Source: Camelus dromedarius
Taxonomy: Eukaryota
DNA: 64,000 nucleotides
Direction of reading: 5' to 3'
Assembly: GCF_036321535.1 (NCBI RefSeq)
Contig: NC_087436.1
Location: 76,448,001-76,512,000, forward strand
Below are positions 1 through 11,783 of the stretch, one piece after another (position 1 is the stretch's first letter; each line of letters begins with the position of its first letter). The translations under genes were made by a program, and so were the position numbers. The notes beneath the pieces are model-generated. The model ran no database searches and was not told where the DNA came from. It worked only from the letters and a program-made list of their open reading frames with translations.

Positions 1-1900
1 TTTCCCCATAGAATTTTAAATTGTCATATTTTCAAAATTAGATGTAGAGTCCATCTGGAATAGAATTTTTTTTTGTCTAATATAATGTAGGGTAATATTT
101 ATTTATATAAATATCTGATTGACTTATTTATTGATAACATATTATTATTTCCCTGCTGCACTGCAGTTTTACATTTACCATAAATCCAGGAACTAAATAT
201 ATATAGGCCTGCTTCTTGACTTTCCATTCAACTTTATTGATCTATTTGTCTATATTTGTATAATGCCACACTGTCTTATTTACTGTAGCTCTGTAGCTTC
301 TTAGTGGTTCTGTTTTTTATTGACTGATGTTTCTTCTGGTTATAGTTTCTTCACTGGTTTAGAATTTTTGATTCTGTAGTCTGTTGTATTTCTTTAATGA
401 ATGCTTTTTTGTTTTGGCACATGATTAATTTTCTTTTTACTTTTTGATCATACTGGCACTTCCAAGTCTAATTTTTAACATTAGGGTAGGACTATGGCTG
501 ATGTGATCTGCAGAATAATGCAGGGCTAGACTGGCTATAATATAAGGCATAGCCTTTCTGTGGTGACAGCTGAATGCCCATGGTGACCAGCAAGGTCCTT
601 CTTTTCTGGCTTGTTGGAATTTTATTGTCCCCAGGCGTGTGCAAACTCCAGAATCCCTTTTAGGTTTACAGATTCCTGATAATTATTCTTTCCTGGTTCC
701 ATGGAATCTTGGCAATTTCATCAATTGAAATAGAAAGTTAATAGCATGCTGGAATATCTACAACTTTAATGTACAGTATTACAATCATTGAAGTGTAGAA
801 ATGTAATTTTCTTATTTTTTTCTGTGAACTGGATTTGATTTGCTCATAAGCCCCCATTTCTGCTATGGCATAGTGAGGGTAATAGTCACAGAAAGTTAAT
901 CTTGTCAATAAAACATAATTCAAGCATTTCAAGTTTCTTTTTGTCTCTTTCAGGAAGTTACTGGGTGAACTTAGTAATTGAAAGTTCAGTTAATTCAAAG
1001 TTGAAACTCTCTATCAGAACTTTCCTCCAGTTCATAGGTTGTTTTCTTTCTTTTTGCATTTCTGAGAAGGTGTCTGAGGACCGAAACTGTATCTATGTAT
1101 CACTATGGTATTTGATATGAGAAATGGGAAATGACCATTCCATGTGGTGTTCCATGGTTCTTACTGGGTTTTGCTTTGAAATGTCTATGGCTGGTGTAAT
1201 TTGCAGTTGGCTCTCTCTGTGTGGTGCCTCTTTTCTGATGTGACTGCTACTCTCCTTTTTATTGTTGTACTTATCTTTTGAGATCAGTCAGAAATGCCGC
1301 TGAAGCCCAGCTCTGGACTGTCCACCCCACTGTTTCTGTCACTGGGTGACGCTCATGCTGCCATACTGCAAGATGTTCATGGCATACCGACTGTCAGTTA
1401 ATTCTCACATGTCTTCTGCACCAATACTAAAGGGGATACAACATTTTTCATATCTCTTTTATGTTTCCTGAAGTCAAGGACTGCCTTCAACTTGTGTAAA
1501 ATTGCCATGCTGCTATTTTTAGTCTACAGAAGGCCCTCTTCTATGTAATCTTCTCCAAGATGGGAGGTGAGGCCCATGTCCTTTATGCTCTGGGATTTCC
1601 AGATTTATTTGGATGTCTTTCTTTATCCACATATGTGTGCATACATGTGCATGTGCACACACACACACACACACTCACATATGCAGACACATGTTTTTGT
1701 CCCCAGGAGGGTACCAAGGAGAAGGCCCCTATTCTAGCATCTAAATGCTCTGGCTTGCCTCTTTTTCCAATTCCTGGCCTGAATGTAGGAAATAGTTTTT
1801 ACTTACTCATGCTACTCATCCTGCTGTTTCTCTTTGGCTATGATAAACAAATAAAAAAATAAACCTTAGTGATTTCGGCTCTCCCAAATCTGGTTATCAA
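1..1900 (-). mobile_element. Highly decayed old L1 (L1M-type) fragments
   Basis: T-rich strand with antisense L1 ORF2-like text (tctatttgtctatatt...ccacactgtcttatttactgtagct), followed by degenerate L1 5'-like sequence; boundaries approximate. Confidence 0.45.
1630..1693. repeat. Alternating purine-pyrimidine / (CA)n microsatellite
   Basis: catatgtgtgcatacatgtgcatgtgcacacacacacacacacactcacatatgc. Confidence 0.85.
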
Positions 1901-2269
1901 TATTAAGTGAGAAATGGAAGAAGTGAAAATAAAAACCATTGAGTCCTTAGGTGCTAGAGGTGCTTGCTATTGGAAGTCTGGCTTTTGAGACTAGTGCTTC
2001 TTTCAGATGTGTTCTGAAAGCCAAGGTTTAGCAGTGAGTTTTTGTTCTCTGCTATGTCTTCACACTCAAAGAAAGCCGTCGCTGTCTCAGCTTCTATGTG
2101 TGAATATGCTGTGGGGACACCAGAAGTTATCGGAAAGAATTTCTTAGATAATTTCTCAGAGATGTTATACTTCTATACTCCACATCTGTCTGTCCCTGTA
2201 TGTATGCATGTATCTGTTATCTGTCTGTCTACTTTTCACCTATCTGTTTTCATCATCATCTATTTAAAT

Positions 2270-2390
2270 CAGTAAGATGCTCCTTGAAGGGCAAATCACT
2301 TTCTGTGTTGTTAATTGCTGTGCCTCTTACATGGAACAATCCCTGGCACAGTGTAGGTACAATTAAGTATATAATAAATTAATGTATTTA
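2270..2390 (+). mobile_element. L2 LINE 3' end fragment
   Basis: agatgctccttgaagggca...gctgtgcctc...cctggcacagtgtaggtacaattaagtat resembles the L2 3' terminus. Confidence 0.65.
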
Positions 2391-2419
2391 TATATATGTA
2401 TTTTAAATAGGAAAAATAT

Positions 2420-4400
2420 TCTTTAATTCAGTATCCATGTCTTGAATATTCAGCTATAACATTACATGTGTGTATAATAATTCCACTGTATGAATATACC
2501 ATAGTTTTAAAAAATACTGTTGTTTTCATTTTGATAGTATAGATAATGCAGAGAAAACTCTTGAAAGTCACGCTTTACTCAACTATTCATATAGTATAAT
2601 AAACGTTCAGAAGTAAAATTGGTAGATCATTTTTCATTTGCTTTTGATAAATGTTTCAAAAATGTGTATAAAAATATGTACTAATTTATACTTCAGCTGG
2701 CCTATTTACTTACTGCTCATAATTACTAGACATTAACAATTAAAAACAAAAAAAGTTGACATTTTATGGGTGAAAATGATATAACATGTTTCTACTTAAC
2801 CTTCTTTAATTGTTAGTAAGCTTGAGTATTTGGAGTAAATTTTTGAATAAGCTTTTCAGTTCTTTATTGATTTCCATATTGTTTCTCGGAATTAATTTTA
2901 TCTTATACTTTTCCTAGAAAATAATCTGTTTTATCCAGAAATTTATATTTATTTCCATAAAGTTATAAAAAAGTTATCTTTTAATTTTTAAATTTCTATT
3001 ATATTTACACTTATATTTCAGTTATTATTCCAGGTTTTGTGAATTGTTATATTCCCTTTCTCTCTTTTTCTCTCTCTCATAACCTTATGGCAGTCTGCTT
3101 TATTAACTCTTAAAGGATATAGCTGTTGGGTTTATTGATAAAGTCTACTTTTTTCTCTTTTTCTCATCTATTATTTTTATCTTTGTTAATAATTAAATTT
3201 CAGTTTCACTGAGTTTTTAAAATTTCACCTTTATGGAGTGTTAAGTTTTTTTCTGCATTATTGAGACCTGTCTTATTATTTGTCTAGTTTTTGATGTTGA
3301 ATTTTCCATTTGTTTCTAGTCTTTCTTGAACAATATTATATTCATTTATGACTAGGAGTTTTACTATGAATATAGTTTTAGCTATATGTCATTAGCATAG
3401 ACATTATTTTTTGAAATATGTTTAATAACTGCATTGTATGTCTCTTCCATCTAAGAGTTCTTTAGGAGTTTGCCTTTTAAAAATCTTGAAATGGTTTGAT
3501 ATTTTTGTTTAATTAAAAAAATTAATTTATAACTTAATTAAATTGTTATCTGTGGCAGTGATTTGTATGTATCCGTTTGGAACATGTTAATGCTTATTTA
3601 GTTTATCTGAGACTCAAATTTTAATATTAAAGACTTTTACCATGTCTCATCTTATTTGTACTAAAACATTCAAATAATTTTTGCCTTATACTTTTTGCAG
3701 CCTTATTATTCAGCTTTTTTTTAATTCTGCCAATTTTTATCTTGAATTTTGTATTTTATATTATTATTGCTCCTCTTGATTTCTTTGTATTTATATAATA
3801 TACTTTACCCATTTAAAAATTTTAGTATAATTAGTATTTCTTACCACTTATGCTTTGATCCTTTTCTGTTAAATTAAGATGTAGAAAAAAACCTTTCAAT
3901 TTGAGTGTCTTTATTTTTAATTGAGCTGCTAACCCCTTTTACATTAATTATGATGATGCTATTATTCTTACTTTTTATCTTGTCAAAGATTTCTGTTTTG
4001 TTTCTGTCTCCTTTCTACCTATTATCAATTGTATATATTGCATTTAAATTTATTTTTTCTTTAGAGATTGGGATGCATTCACAGAAAGCGTAGTTTCCTA
4101 ATTCTAAGTGTTTTAAAATTTACCTGAATTCATTTTACTATCATCATCAAAGAACAGAATAAAATAGTAGCTATTATCATTCACACCCTTCCAGCTCAGA
4201 TGATACATTTAGCATGTTTTTCTAGTTTCTATTTATGCCTTATATTATGATTTTCCTGATATTGTCTCAAATCTCAAGTCTAGTTTATTATTAAATGTTA
4301 GTTCAGTATTATGCGTTTTATCTTGATAGTACTATGTTTAAATTCTAACAACTCTATATTCTGAGTTATTTGTATTTATTTCTTAGTTGATTTAAGTACA
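2420..4400 (-). mobile_element. Very old decayed L1 (L1ME-like) fragments
   Basis: Strong T bias with patches resembling antisense L1 3'UTR/ORF2 (ttccactgtatgaatataccatagt; tatagttttagctatatgtca). Confidence 0.4.
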
Positions 4401-4410
4401 TACAGTTTTT

Positions 4411-4633
4411 CTTTTTATTGAAATATAGTTGATTTACAATGTTGTGTTAGTCTCAGGTGTACAGCAGTGATTCAGTTGTGTGTGTGTGTGTGTGTGTATA
4501 AAATTTTTCAGGTTCTTTTGCATTATAGATTATTACAAGATATTGAATGTAGTTCCCTGTGCTATACAGTAGGTCCTTGTTGTTTATTTTATATATAGCA
4601 GTGTGTATATGTTAACCCCAAACTCCCAATTTA
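4411..4633 (-). mobile_element. Cetartiodactyl-type L1 3' end (5'-truncated), contains (TG)n
   Basis: tttttattgaaatatagttgatttacaatgttgtgttagt...tattgaatgtagttccctgtgctatacagtaggtccttgttg is the typical antisense artiodactyl L1 tail. Confidence 0.85.
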
Positions 4634-4931
4634 GTTAAATAATTTTTTTTCACAAAGAATTTTGGGTGACGTTGCCTGTGAGTCTAACATATCAGAAAAT
4701 ACCTTTTATGGGCCTATGAGCCTTGAATCTCATTCTTTTCCCCACAAAACTCTGTAAGCAATTTTCTTAGCATTTAATTTTAGAAGAAGTCTAATCTGAA
4801 TTCATTCTACTTTTTGTCTCTTTATGCTTCATGAGATTACGAGGTCATATGACTGAGAACTGTATACCTAACTGTGAGTGTTTCCATTAGCAGTAGTAAT
4901 TTTCACACTTTTTCCTGATCTTAGATTGTTC

Positions 4932-5425
4932 TATAGGGGAGGAAAAATTTTCCTTTACTTATTTTAGCATCTTAATGGGGGACCATATAACAAAAGAAAA
5001 ACAAGTTTATTGGTATGTATCATGCATGTAACAGGTTAGAGTACCCAGAGATGAGTAACTCAAAGACGTGGCTTAGAATTCTAGCTTACATAGAATCTTC
5101 AACCAAGAACAATAAATTTGTAGAGAAGTGACAGGATGAAGGAAAGTGGTTTTGGGCTTCTAAGAGTTGCAGACTATGGGAAGGTAACTGTATGGGAGGA
5201 AACTAAAGGTGTAAAATTTGTTTGTAGATTTCTCTGGTGTCGTCTCTGGGCTAATGGTCAAGTCCCCCATCCCCCAGTGGAGGAAAATGTATAGCCTGTC
5301 TTCAGGCAGAAACGGGAGGGTAAAGAGAGCTTTTCTTGCATTTGCTTTTTCTTAATTGCCTTCGGCTCAAAAGAATTTTTATGTCAAAGAGGTGTGTTTT
5401 GGGGTGACATATTCTGGTTTCTTCA
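4932..5425 (-). mobile_element. Solo ERV1 LTR (MER34/MER39-like)
   Basis: Minus strand begins TGAAGAAACCAGAATATGTCACCCC, a typical MER34-group LTR start; ~490 bp; minus-strand AATAAA near its 3' end. Confidence 0.7.
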
Positions 5426-6289
5426 GTTAGTTTCATAATACTGTACTCCTCATGTTAATCTTTTTCACGGGATGGTAGAGGAATTTATCGCAGCAGCTCT
5501 TTGCTTATTTCACTCACATGCTTATGCAGGGAGACTGATCACCATGCAGGCTCTCTGGTTGTCTTACCTATCTACTTGACAGATAATTCACCATTTGTCT
5601 TGGAGTTGAAGGGCCACTGTGACCTGTCCACCTACTTTTCTCAAATGCTGATATTTTATGGGGAGGAAAGTAGTGAGTTGGTTCTCTAGGCTTCCAACAC
5701 ATCTTCTGTATGAGTGTAAGATCTAGCAGAGATTCTTTTCATTCTCTACGTGTGAATGATGCTCTTCACAATTTCCAGAGATTATGTAAGCTTTCTCTTG
5801 TTTTGCTATTTGGTTAGTCATTTCCAAGGAAAAATACGGGAACTGTGCTGAGATCTTCAATCTACTGTAATTCCAGCAGTTTTGGAATCTTATTCTTAAG
5901 TCTGATAAAATTTGGAAAAGGAAGAAGAAAAGCTGCATTTCATGCTTTCTGGGAAAGGGAAACCCTATAGAAATGATATCCAGGCTGTGGAAGGGGTAAG
6001 ATGGTGCACTATTAGTATGTAAAGCCTTGCTCCGGATGAATGGCTGGCAGTATCAGTGAGAAAGAGAGAAAAACCTCTTTTTTGGACCCAGCATTTTTGC
6101 TGTTTGGAGGGAACTTTTCAACCACACAGTTTGAGTCTGATCTTGCTTCATTCTGCTGGCTAGCTCTACTATGTCTTGCACAGTGCAGCCTCCCTTTTTT
6201 TCTATGGCTCTTTGACACCCCCACCTCCCTGCCAGCCTGGTGTGGCTGATCAAGCTGTTCAAACAACTGGAAGACATCAGAAGTTAAAC

Positions 6290-6412
6290 ACTCATTATTT
6301 TAATTTGATGCTAATCATGTGTTAATGAGACTAATCCTTGCAATGATTCAGGTAATTTGCTTAATGGCTGCCCGGAGTACAGATTACAGCAATCAGTCAC
6401 GTCTGATAAGAT
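6290..6412. promoter_or_regulatory. Candidate homeodomain-rich enhancer
   Basis: Eight TAAT/ATTA cores including TAATCC and AGATTA, plus a GATA site (tgataag), in non-repeat sequence. Confidence 0.4.
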
Positions 6413-7362
6413 GTCTGTTGTGGAGAAGGCTGTCAGGTGAATGAGGTGGGAAAAGACTCAGGAATAAGGGTCTGATGTTAGGCATGTTCTGTGTTGGAGG
6501 GTGGGGGCCAAGGGAAGAAGACAGCTCAGAAATCCACATTTTCAACCAGAAAGGAGCATCCTTAGTGTTCCTGTTTAAGAAGAAGTTAGTGTTGACAGGC
6601 TTTCTCATCTTACAGTGACACCCACTGAAATAAGCGTGAAAGTTTGAGAAGAATTGGATATACAGTTCATTTTGTTCTAGAAAAATGATCAACTTAGTAT
6701 AATATTAGTAATACGCACATTCCTCTGGTTGAGTTACAGTCTCTTTTCTTACAATGTCAAAGACAGAAAAAAATATATTTACTCAGAGTAAAAAAGAATG
6801 AGTTTTTCTTCTTATATGTGAGAAATACAGGCCAAAAAGAGACACCTGAACTGAACACTTACACTTTTATTACATTCAAATACTGTGTTTCCACAAGGCC
6901 ATACAGAGACGATCACTGATGTACTTAGAATAATCAATGAGTGTTAAGTCTGGGTGTGTCTTGCCCTCTGCAACATTGCTAGGTTGAATCTTTTTTTTTT
7001 CCTTAAAATACAGGAATTTAATACATTTCTATATATAGATACGTAGAAATAACAAAGCATTTAGAAAGTAGCAGCTTTTAAAATGCTGCCAATTACTTAC
7101 TTTGGCTTAATTTCTCCATAATGACAGGAAACAAAATTTTTAGGTATATAAGTTTGCTTTCAATTTTTAAATTGTCTCATTCTCAAAATATTTTGGTGAG
7201 AAGGATGGATGAGTGAAAAGGAAAATAGATTTAGGCATGAGGGAAGCTTTGTAGTTTATTTTGTGTTTAACTTAGTCATTTTGATATACTGATGATACCA
7301 CCTTATACTGCTGTAGACCCTGATTTAGTTCAGTTTAACAATCATTTCTCCATTGTCTATAT

Positions 7363-7698
7363 TGTCTTCATCTATTGGGCTGCTATAACAAAATACTATA
7401 AACTGGGTGGCTTATAAACAATCAACATTTATACAGTGCTGGGAAGTCCAAGATCATGGGACTGGTGAATTCAGTGTCTGGTGAAGACCTGCTTCCTGGA
7501 CACTATAACCTCACCTGGAGGAAGCAGAGAGGGAGCTCTCTGGGGCTGCTTTTATAAGGGCACTAATCATAGTCATGAGGGCTCCACCCTCATGACTTAA
7601 TCACCTCCCAGAGGCCCCACCTCCAGATGCCATCACAATAGGGATTAGGTTTCAACATATGAATTTGGTGAGGGTGGGAGCACATTCAGTCCCTAGCA
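7363..7698 (-). mobile_element. MaLR solo LTR, MLT1A/MLT1A0-like
   Basis: gggctgctataacaaaatactataaactgggtggcttataaacaa...catgagggctccaccctcatgact...ggattaggtttcaacatatgaattt...cacattcagtccctagca. Confidence 0.9.
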
Positions 7699-7930
7699 AT
7701 TATCTTCTAAGAGTTGTTTGTTTATAGAAGAGGGGCAAGGATCATTTTGAGAAATAAAGAATATGTTTATCTTATGAAAATAAGTGTAGGAATGCACAAG
7801 GAAAGAAAAACGGAGAGCCAGCTATTTGAAGACAGACAGCCAATGGTTATAACTGGGAATGTGAATTTACAATGTGTTAGTGACAATACTTTTATGAAAC
7901 TTTTTTTTAAGGATCAAGATGCTATTTTAG

Positions 7931-8081
7931 GTGGGGAGGATATAGCTCAAATGGTAGACTGCATGCTTAGCATGCATGAGGTCCTGGGTTCAATCCCCAG
8001 TACCTCCTCTAAGAATAAATAAATAAACCTAGTTACCTGCCCCCACAAAAAAAAAAAAAAAAAAAAGAAAAGAAAAAGAAA
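7931..8081 (+). mobile_element. tRNA-Ala(AGC)-derived camelid SINE (Vic-1-like) with poly(A) tail and TSD
   Basis: A box (tagctcaaatggtaga), anticodon loop cttAGCat, B box (ggttcaatcc), tail aataaataaacctagttacc, poly(A); 15 bp TSD aagatgctattttag (7916-7930) / aagatactgttttag (8082-8096). Confidence 0.92.
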
Positions 8082-8399
8082 AAGATACTGTTTTAGAAAC
8101 ATCTAACAAATAAGAGAACTACCAATGGGGTGCTCTTAACAGTGGCCCACAACTAGAATTTCAGAACTAAGGCTTATAAGGCAGGCAGACCATTGTCTAT
8201 GTAGCAGTTATTGTTTTGTTGTTGTTGTTGTTATCATCTGTCTCATTTTACCTAAGGTAAGGAGAATGCTCTATGGCTTGCTAAACATAAGACAGTTTGC
8301 ACAAAAGCAGGAGGCAACCCCCAATCACACTTGACTTTTACTCCACGAGTTTTTTATAGTGCATTCCCTCTTCCACTAAAGTAAGGCAAGAATGTGGAA

Positions 8400-8690
8400 A
8401 TTTACCCAGTTTTGGAACCGTGTAAAGAGTGAAAAGATCTGTTTTGTTTTTGCCTCATATATCCAAGAAACACAAATGAGAGAAGATAAAAAATAGCAAC
8501 AAAAAGTCTTCTCTCTAGTTAAAGGACCAGGAAAGGTGCAGACTAGGAATGCAGAAATCTTTTAGACAGTTACTGCTCTACTCTAGCTAAACAGGAAAAA
8601 ATGTGGCCTTACCCCACCCATAAAAGCAAAAGTCGCATGGAGAGCCTAGACTTCCACTCTTGTCAAGGTGTAGCAAGGTACCCTAACTCC
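8400..8690 (+). mobile_element. L1MD/L1MC-like 5' region fragment
   Basis: aaaggaccaggaaagg...actgctctactctagc...ggagagcctagacttccac resembles old L1M 5' UTR consensus. Confidence 0.5.
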
Positions 8691-10109
8691 CCAAAGTCTC
8701 ATGTAAATATCATTTAAATCAGGTGTGGATAGGATTCAAAATGTTCATCCTAAGGCAAATTCCTTTCCAGCTATGAACCTGTGAGACCAAACAAGTTATG
8801 TACTTCCAAAATACGATGGTGGAACAGGCATTAGATAGACATTTCCATTCCCAAAGGGGCAAATAGAAAAGAAGAAAGGGGTAATGGGCCCTTAATAAGT
8901 TCAAAATCTAACAGGGCAAGCAACATTAAGCCTTAAGCCATGAGAACAATCCTCTTGGCCTGATGCTCTGTCACTGGAGTAGCAACGTAACACCAACAGC
9001 TTGGCAGGATAGCTCCATAGTAGCTCTGTGCCAGTGCCCCAGTCCCACAGTGGCTCTTTGATGGGACCCCACCCCTTTGGTTCTCCTGGGCTGAGGTCAC
9101 ATGATTGCATCTCTGGTGGTTCCACCCTTTAAACTTAGGTGACAGCAACCATGCCCCCCAAGTCCATGCACTTTATGCACTGGTGGAGATAGTGCTCCAA
9201 GGATGCTGCCAGAGTTTGCTGTCTGTGTTCTTTGCAAGGGTGGCCACCATGGTGCTCTCTGCACTGAGGCCTGCTGGAGCCACACCTGGGCAACTGAAGA
9301 GCACTGGGGTGAAGGAACAGAGCCCTCAATGTAAGGGAGTACCTGGCCACACATGCTGAGGTCTCACATGCTGCCCCTTGGGTCCTGGCACTCTGGGCCT
9401 GTGGTGACAGTGGCAGCTCTGATTATCCTTCAGTCACCTTCAGAGTCATTCTTCTGTTGTTTCGGAGAATAGCTTTTCGCTTCTGTTGAGTTGGCTAATT
9501 CATTCTAATCTTAGCAGTTACTTGGCCATACCCGTGATATTCTCAGTTTTTACAGTGTAGATAAGCTGAGAATTTTCTAAATCCTTAGACCTGCTTTCTT
9601 TTTGCTTAACAACTCCATCTTTAAAACATTTATCTCTTCTTGTATTTTACTGTAAGGAGTCAGGAGGAGCCAAGTTATTTTGATCCTTTGTTTAGAAATA
9701 ACTTTGGCTAAATACCCAATTTCATTGCTTCCAAGTTCTACCCTCGACAAAATGCTAGAACAGGAGCACAACTCAGTCAGGTTCTTTGCCACTTTACAAT
9801 AAGTATTACCTTTCCTCTAGTTTCCAATAACATGTTCTTCATTTCCATCTGAGACCTCATCAGAATGGCCTTTGCCTTTCATATTTCTACCAACATTCTT
9901 CTGATTACTTAGGTGTTCTCTAAGAAGACAGAGGCTTTCTACAACTCTCCTCTTTTCTTTCTGAGCTGTAAAGGCCCATTCTTAGGAATGTAGGCTTTTT
10001 TGGCACACACCTCCAAATCTTTTCACCCTTTACACAGTTCCAAAATGGGGTAAACTTCCACATTTTTGGCTGTTTGTTACAGCAGCACCCTACTTCTGGT
10101 ACCAGTTTC
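8690..10109 (-). mobile_element. MaLR internal region (MLT1A-int-like), 3' end truncated
   Basis: aaacaagttatgtacttccaaaatacgatggtggaacaggca...tttccatctgagacctcatcag...ttacagcagcaccctacttctggtaccagtttc, abutting an MLT1A LTR. Confidence 0.85.
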
Positions 10110-10471
10110 TGTCTTGGTCCGTTTGGGTTGCTATAACAAAGATATCAAGGACTGAGTGACTTAATAAATATTTATTTCTCACAGTTCTAGTTGCTGTGAA
10201 GTTCAAGTTTGAGATGCCAGTAGACTCGGTGTCTGGTGAGGCTAACTTCTTGGTTCATAGACAGTTGTTTTCTAACTGTGTCTTCTATTGGCAGAAGGGG
10301 CAAAGTAGTTCTCTGAGGTTTTTTTCATAAGGGCACAAATGCCATTTGTGAAGGTTCCACACTCATAACCTAATAACCTCCCAAAGACCTCATCTGCAAA
10401 TATGATCATATCCAAGATTAGGTTTCAACATATGAATTTTGGGGGGGAGCACAAACATTCATTCTGTAGCA
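10110..10471 (-). mobile_element. MLT1A-like LTR (5' LTR of the MaLR element)
   Basis: tgtcttggtccgtttgggttgctataacaaa...gattaggtttcaacatatgaatttt...acaaacattcattctgtagca. Confidence 0.9.
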
Positions 10472-11783
10472 CAATTCAATGCAAGAAAGATAAACTCAAC
10501 AAATTGTACTGTAGCGACTGAAAATCCCTAGGCCAAAAAATGAACTTTACTCTGAGCCTCATACCTAAACTGCCATTTAGCTTAAAATAGATCATGGATT
10601 TAAAGGTAAAATATAAAAATTTAAATAAAACAGGAGAAAATATTTTGGATCTGGGCTAGGCCAAAAATTCTTAGACTTTACACCAGAATCATGATTCTTA
10701 AAAGGAAAAAGTGGTAAATTGAACTTCAAAAAATTATGAGCTTTTGATCTGTGAAAGACCCCATTAAGAGGATGAGAGTACAAGCAACAGAGTAGGAGAA
10801 ATATTTGAAAGTGATGTATCGCTCAGAGGACTTGCATCTAAAACACATTAAGAATTCTCGAGACTCAAAAGTCAGAAAATAGATAATTTATAAAGACACA
10901 GGAAAGAGACATGAACAGTCATCTCCCTGAGGAGGATATCCTGTTGACAAATAAATACATGAAAATATATTAAACTTCATTAGCTTTAAGGAAATGCAGA
11001 TTAAAGCCACAAGGAGATATCCATGCAAACCAATTAGAATGGCTAAAATAAAAAATTGTGACAACACTAAATGCTGGCAGGGGTGCAGAGAAACTCGGTC
11101 ACTCATATTTACTTGTGTAAGTCTAAAATGGTAGATCCACTCTGGAAAACAGTTCAAAAGTTTCTTTAAAAACTAAACATGTAATTGCCATTAAATCCAA
11201 CAATTATACTCCTGGGCATTTATTCCAGAGAAATATAAACTAAGATAAAAATCTGTACACTAATGTTTATAAGAGCTTTATTCAAGATAGCGTAACAATT
11301 GAAATAACCCAAATGTCCTTCAATGGATGAGTGGTTAAATAAACTGTGGTATATCCATACCACGAGACTCAGCAATGGCATTACAACAACAATCTCGAAA
11401 CGTCTCCAGAGAATTATGATGCGTGGAAAAAAAGCCAACCCCAAAATGTTAACTTACTTGATGATCCCATTTATATAATATTGTTGAAATGATAAAATTA
11501 GAGAAATGTCAAACAGGTTAGTGGTACCAGGAATTAAAGAGGGGATTGGCTGGGAGAGAAGTGGGTGTGGATGTAAAAGGGCAACATGAAGAGTCCTGTG
11601 GTGATGGGAGTTTCTGTAGTAGCTTGACTCTGTCACTGTCAATATCCTGGTTGTGGTATTTTAGTCTTTCAAGATAATCATTGTGAAAACCTAGGGAAAG
11701 GTAAATGCGGTTTCTCTAAATTATTTCTTAGAACTGCATGTGAATCTACAATTATTTTAAAATAAAAAGTTTAGTTAAGAAAA
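10472..11783 (+). mobile_element. L1MD-like ORF2 3' end and 3' UTR
   Basis: ggaaatgcagattaaagccaca...aatgtccttcaatggatgagtggttaaataaactgtggtatatccatac...aactgcatgtgaatctacaattattttaaaataaaaagt. Confidence 0.85.

Noticed and set aside
7571..7597. Hairpin agtcatgagg...cctcatgact
   Set aside because: Standard part of the MLT1A LTR consensus.
7933..8008. Functional tRNA-Ala(AGC) gene
   Set aside because: Acceptor and D stems have mismatches, and it is followed by the SINE tail and poly(A) and flanked by TSDs, so it is a SINE. The same applies to the copy at 26334.
7363..10471. Single intact MaLR provirus bounded by the two MLT1A LTRs
   Set aside because: The first LTR is not followed by internal sequence; ~1 kb of unrelated DNA, a SINE and an L1 piece intervene, and no shared TSD is seen.
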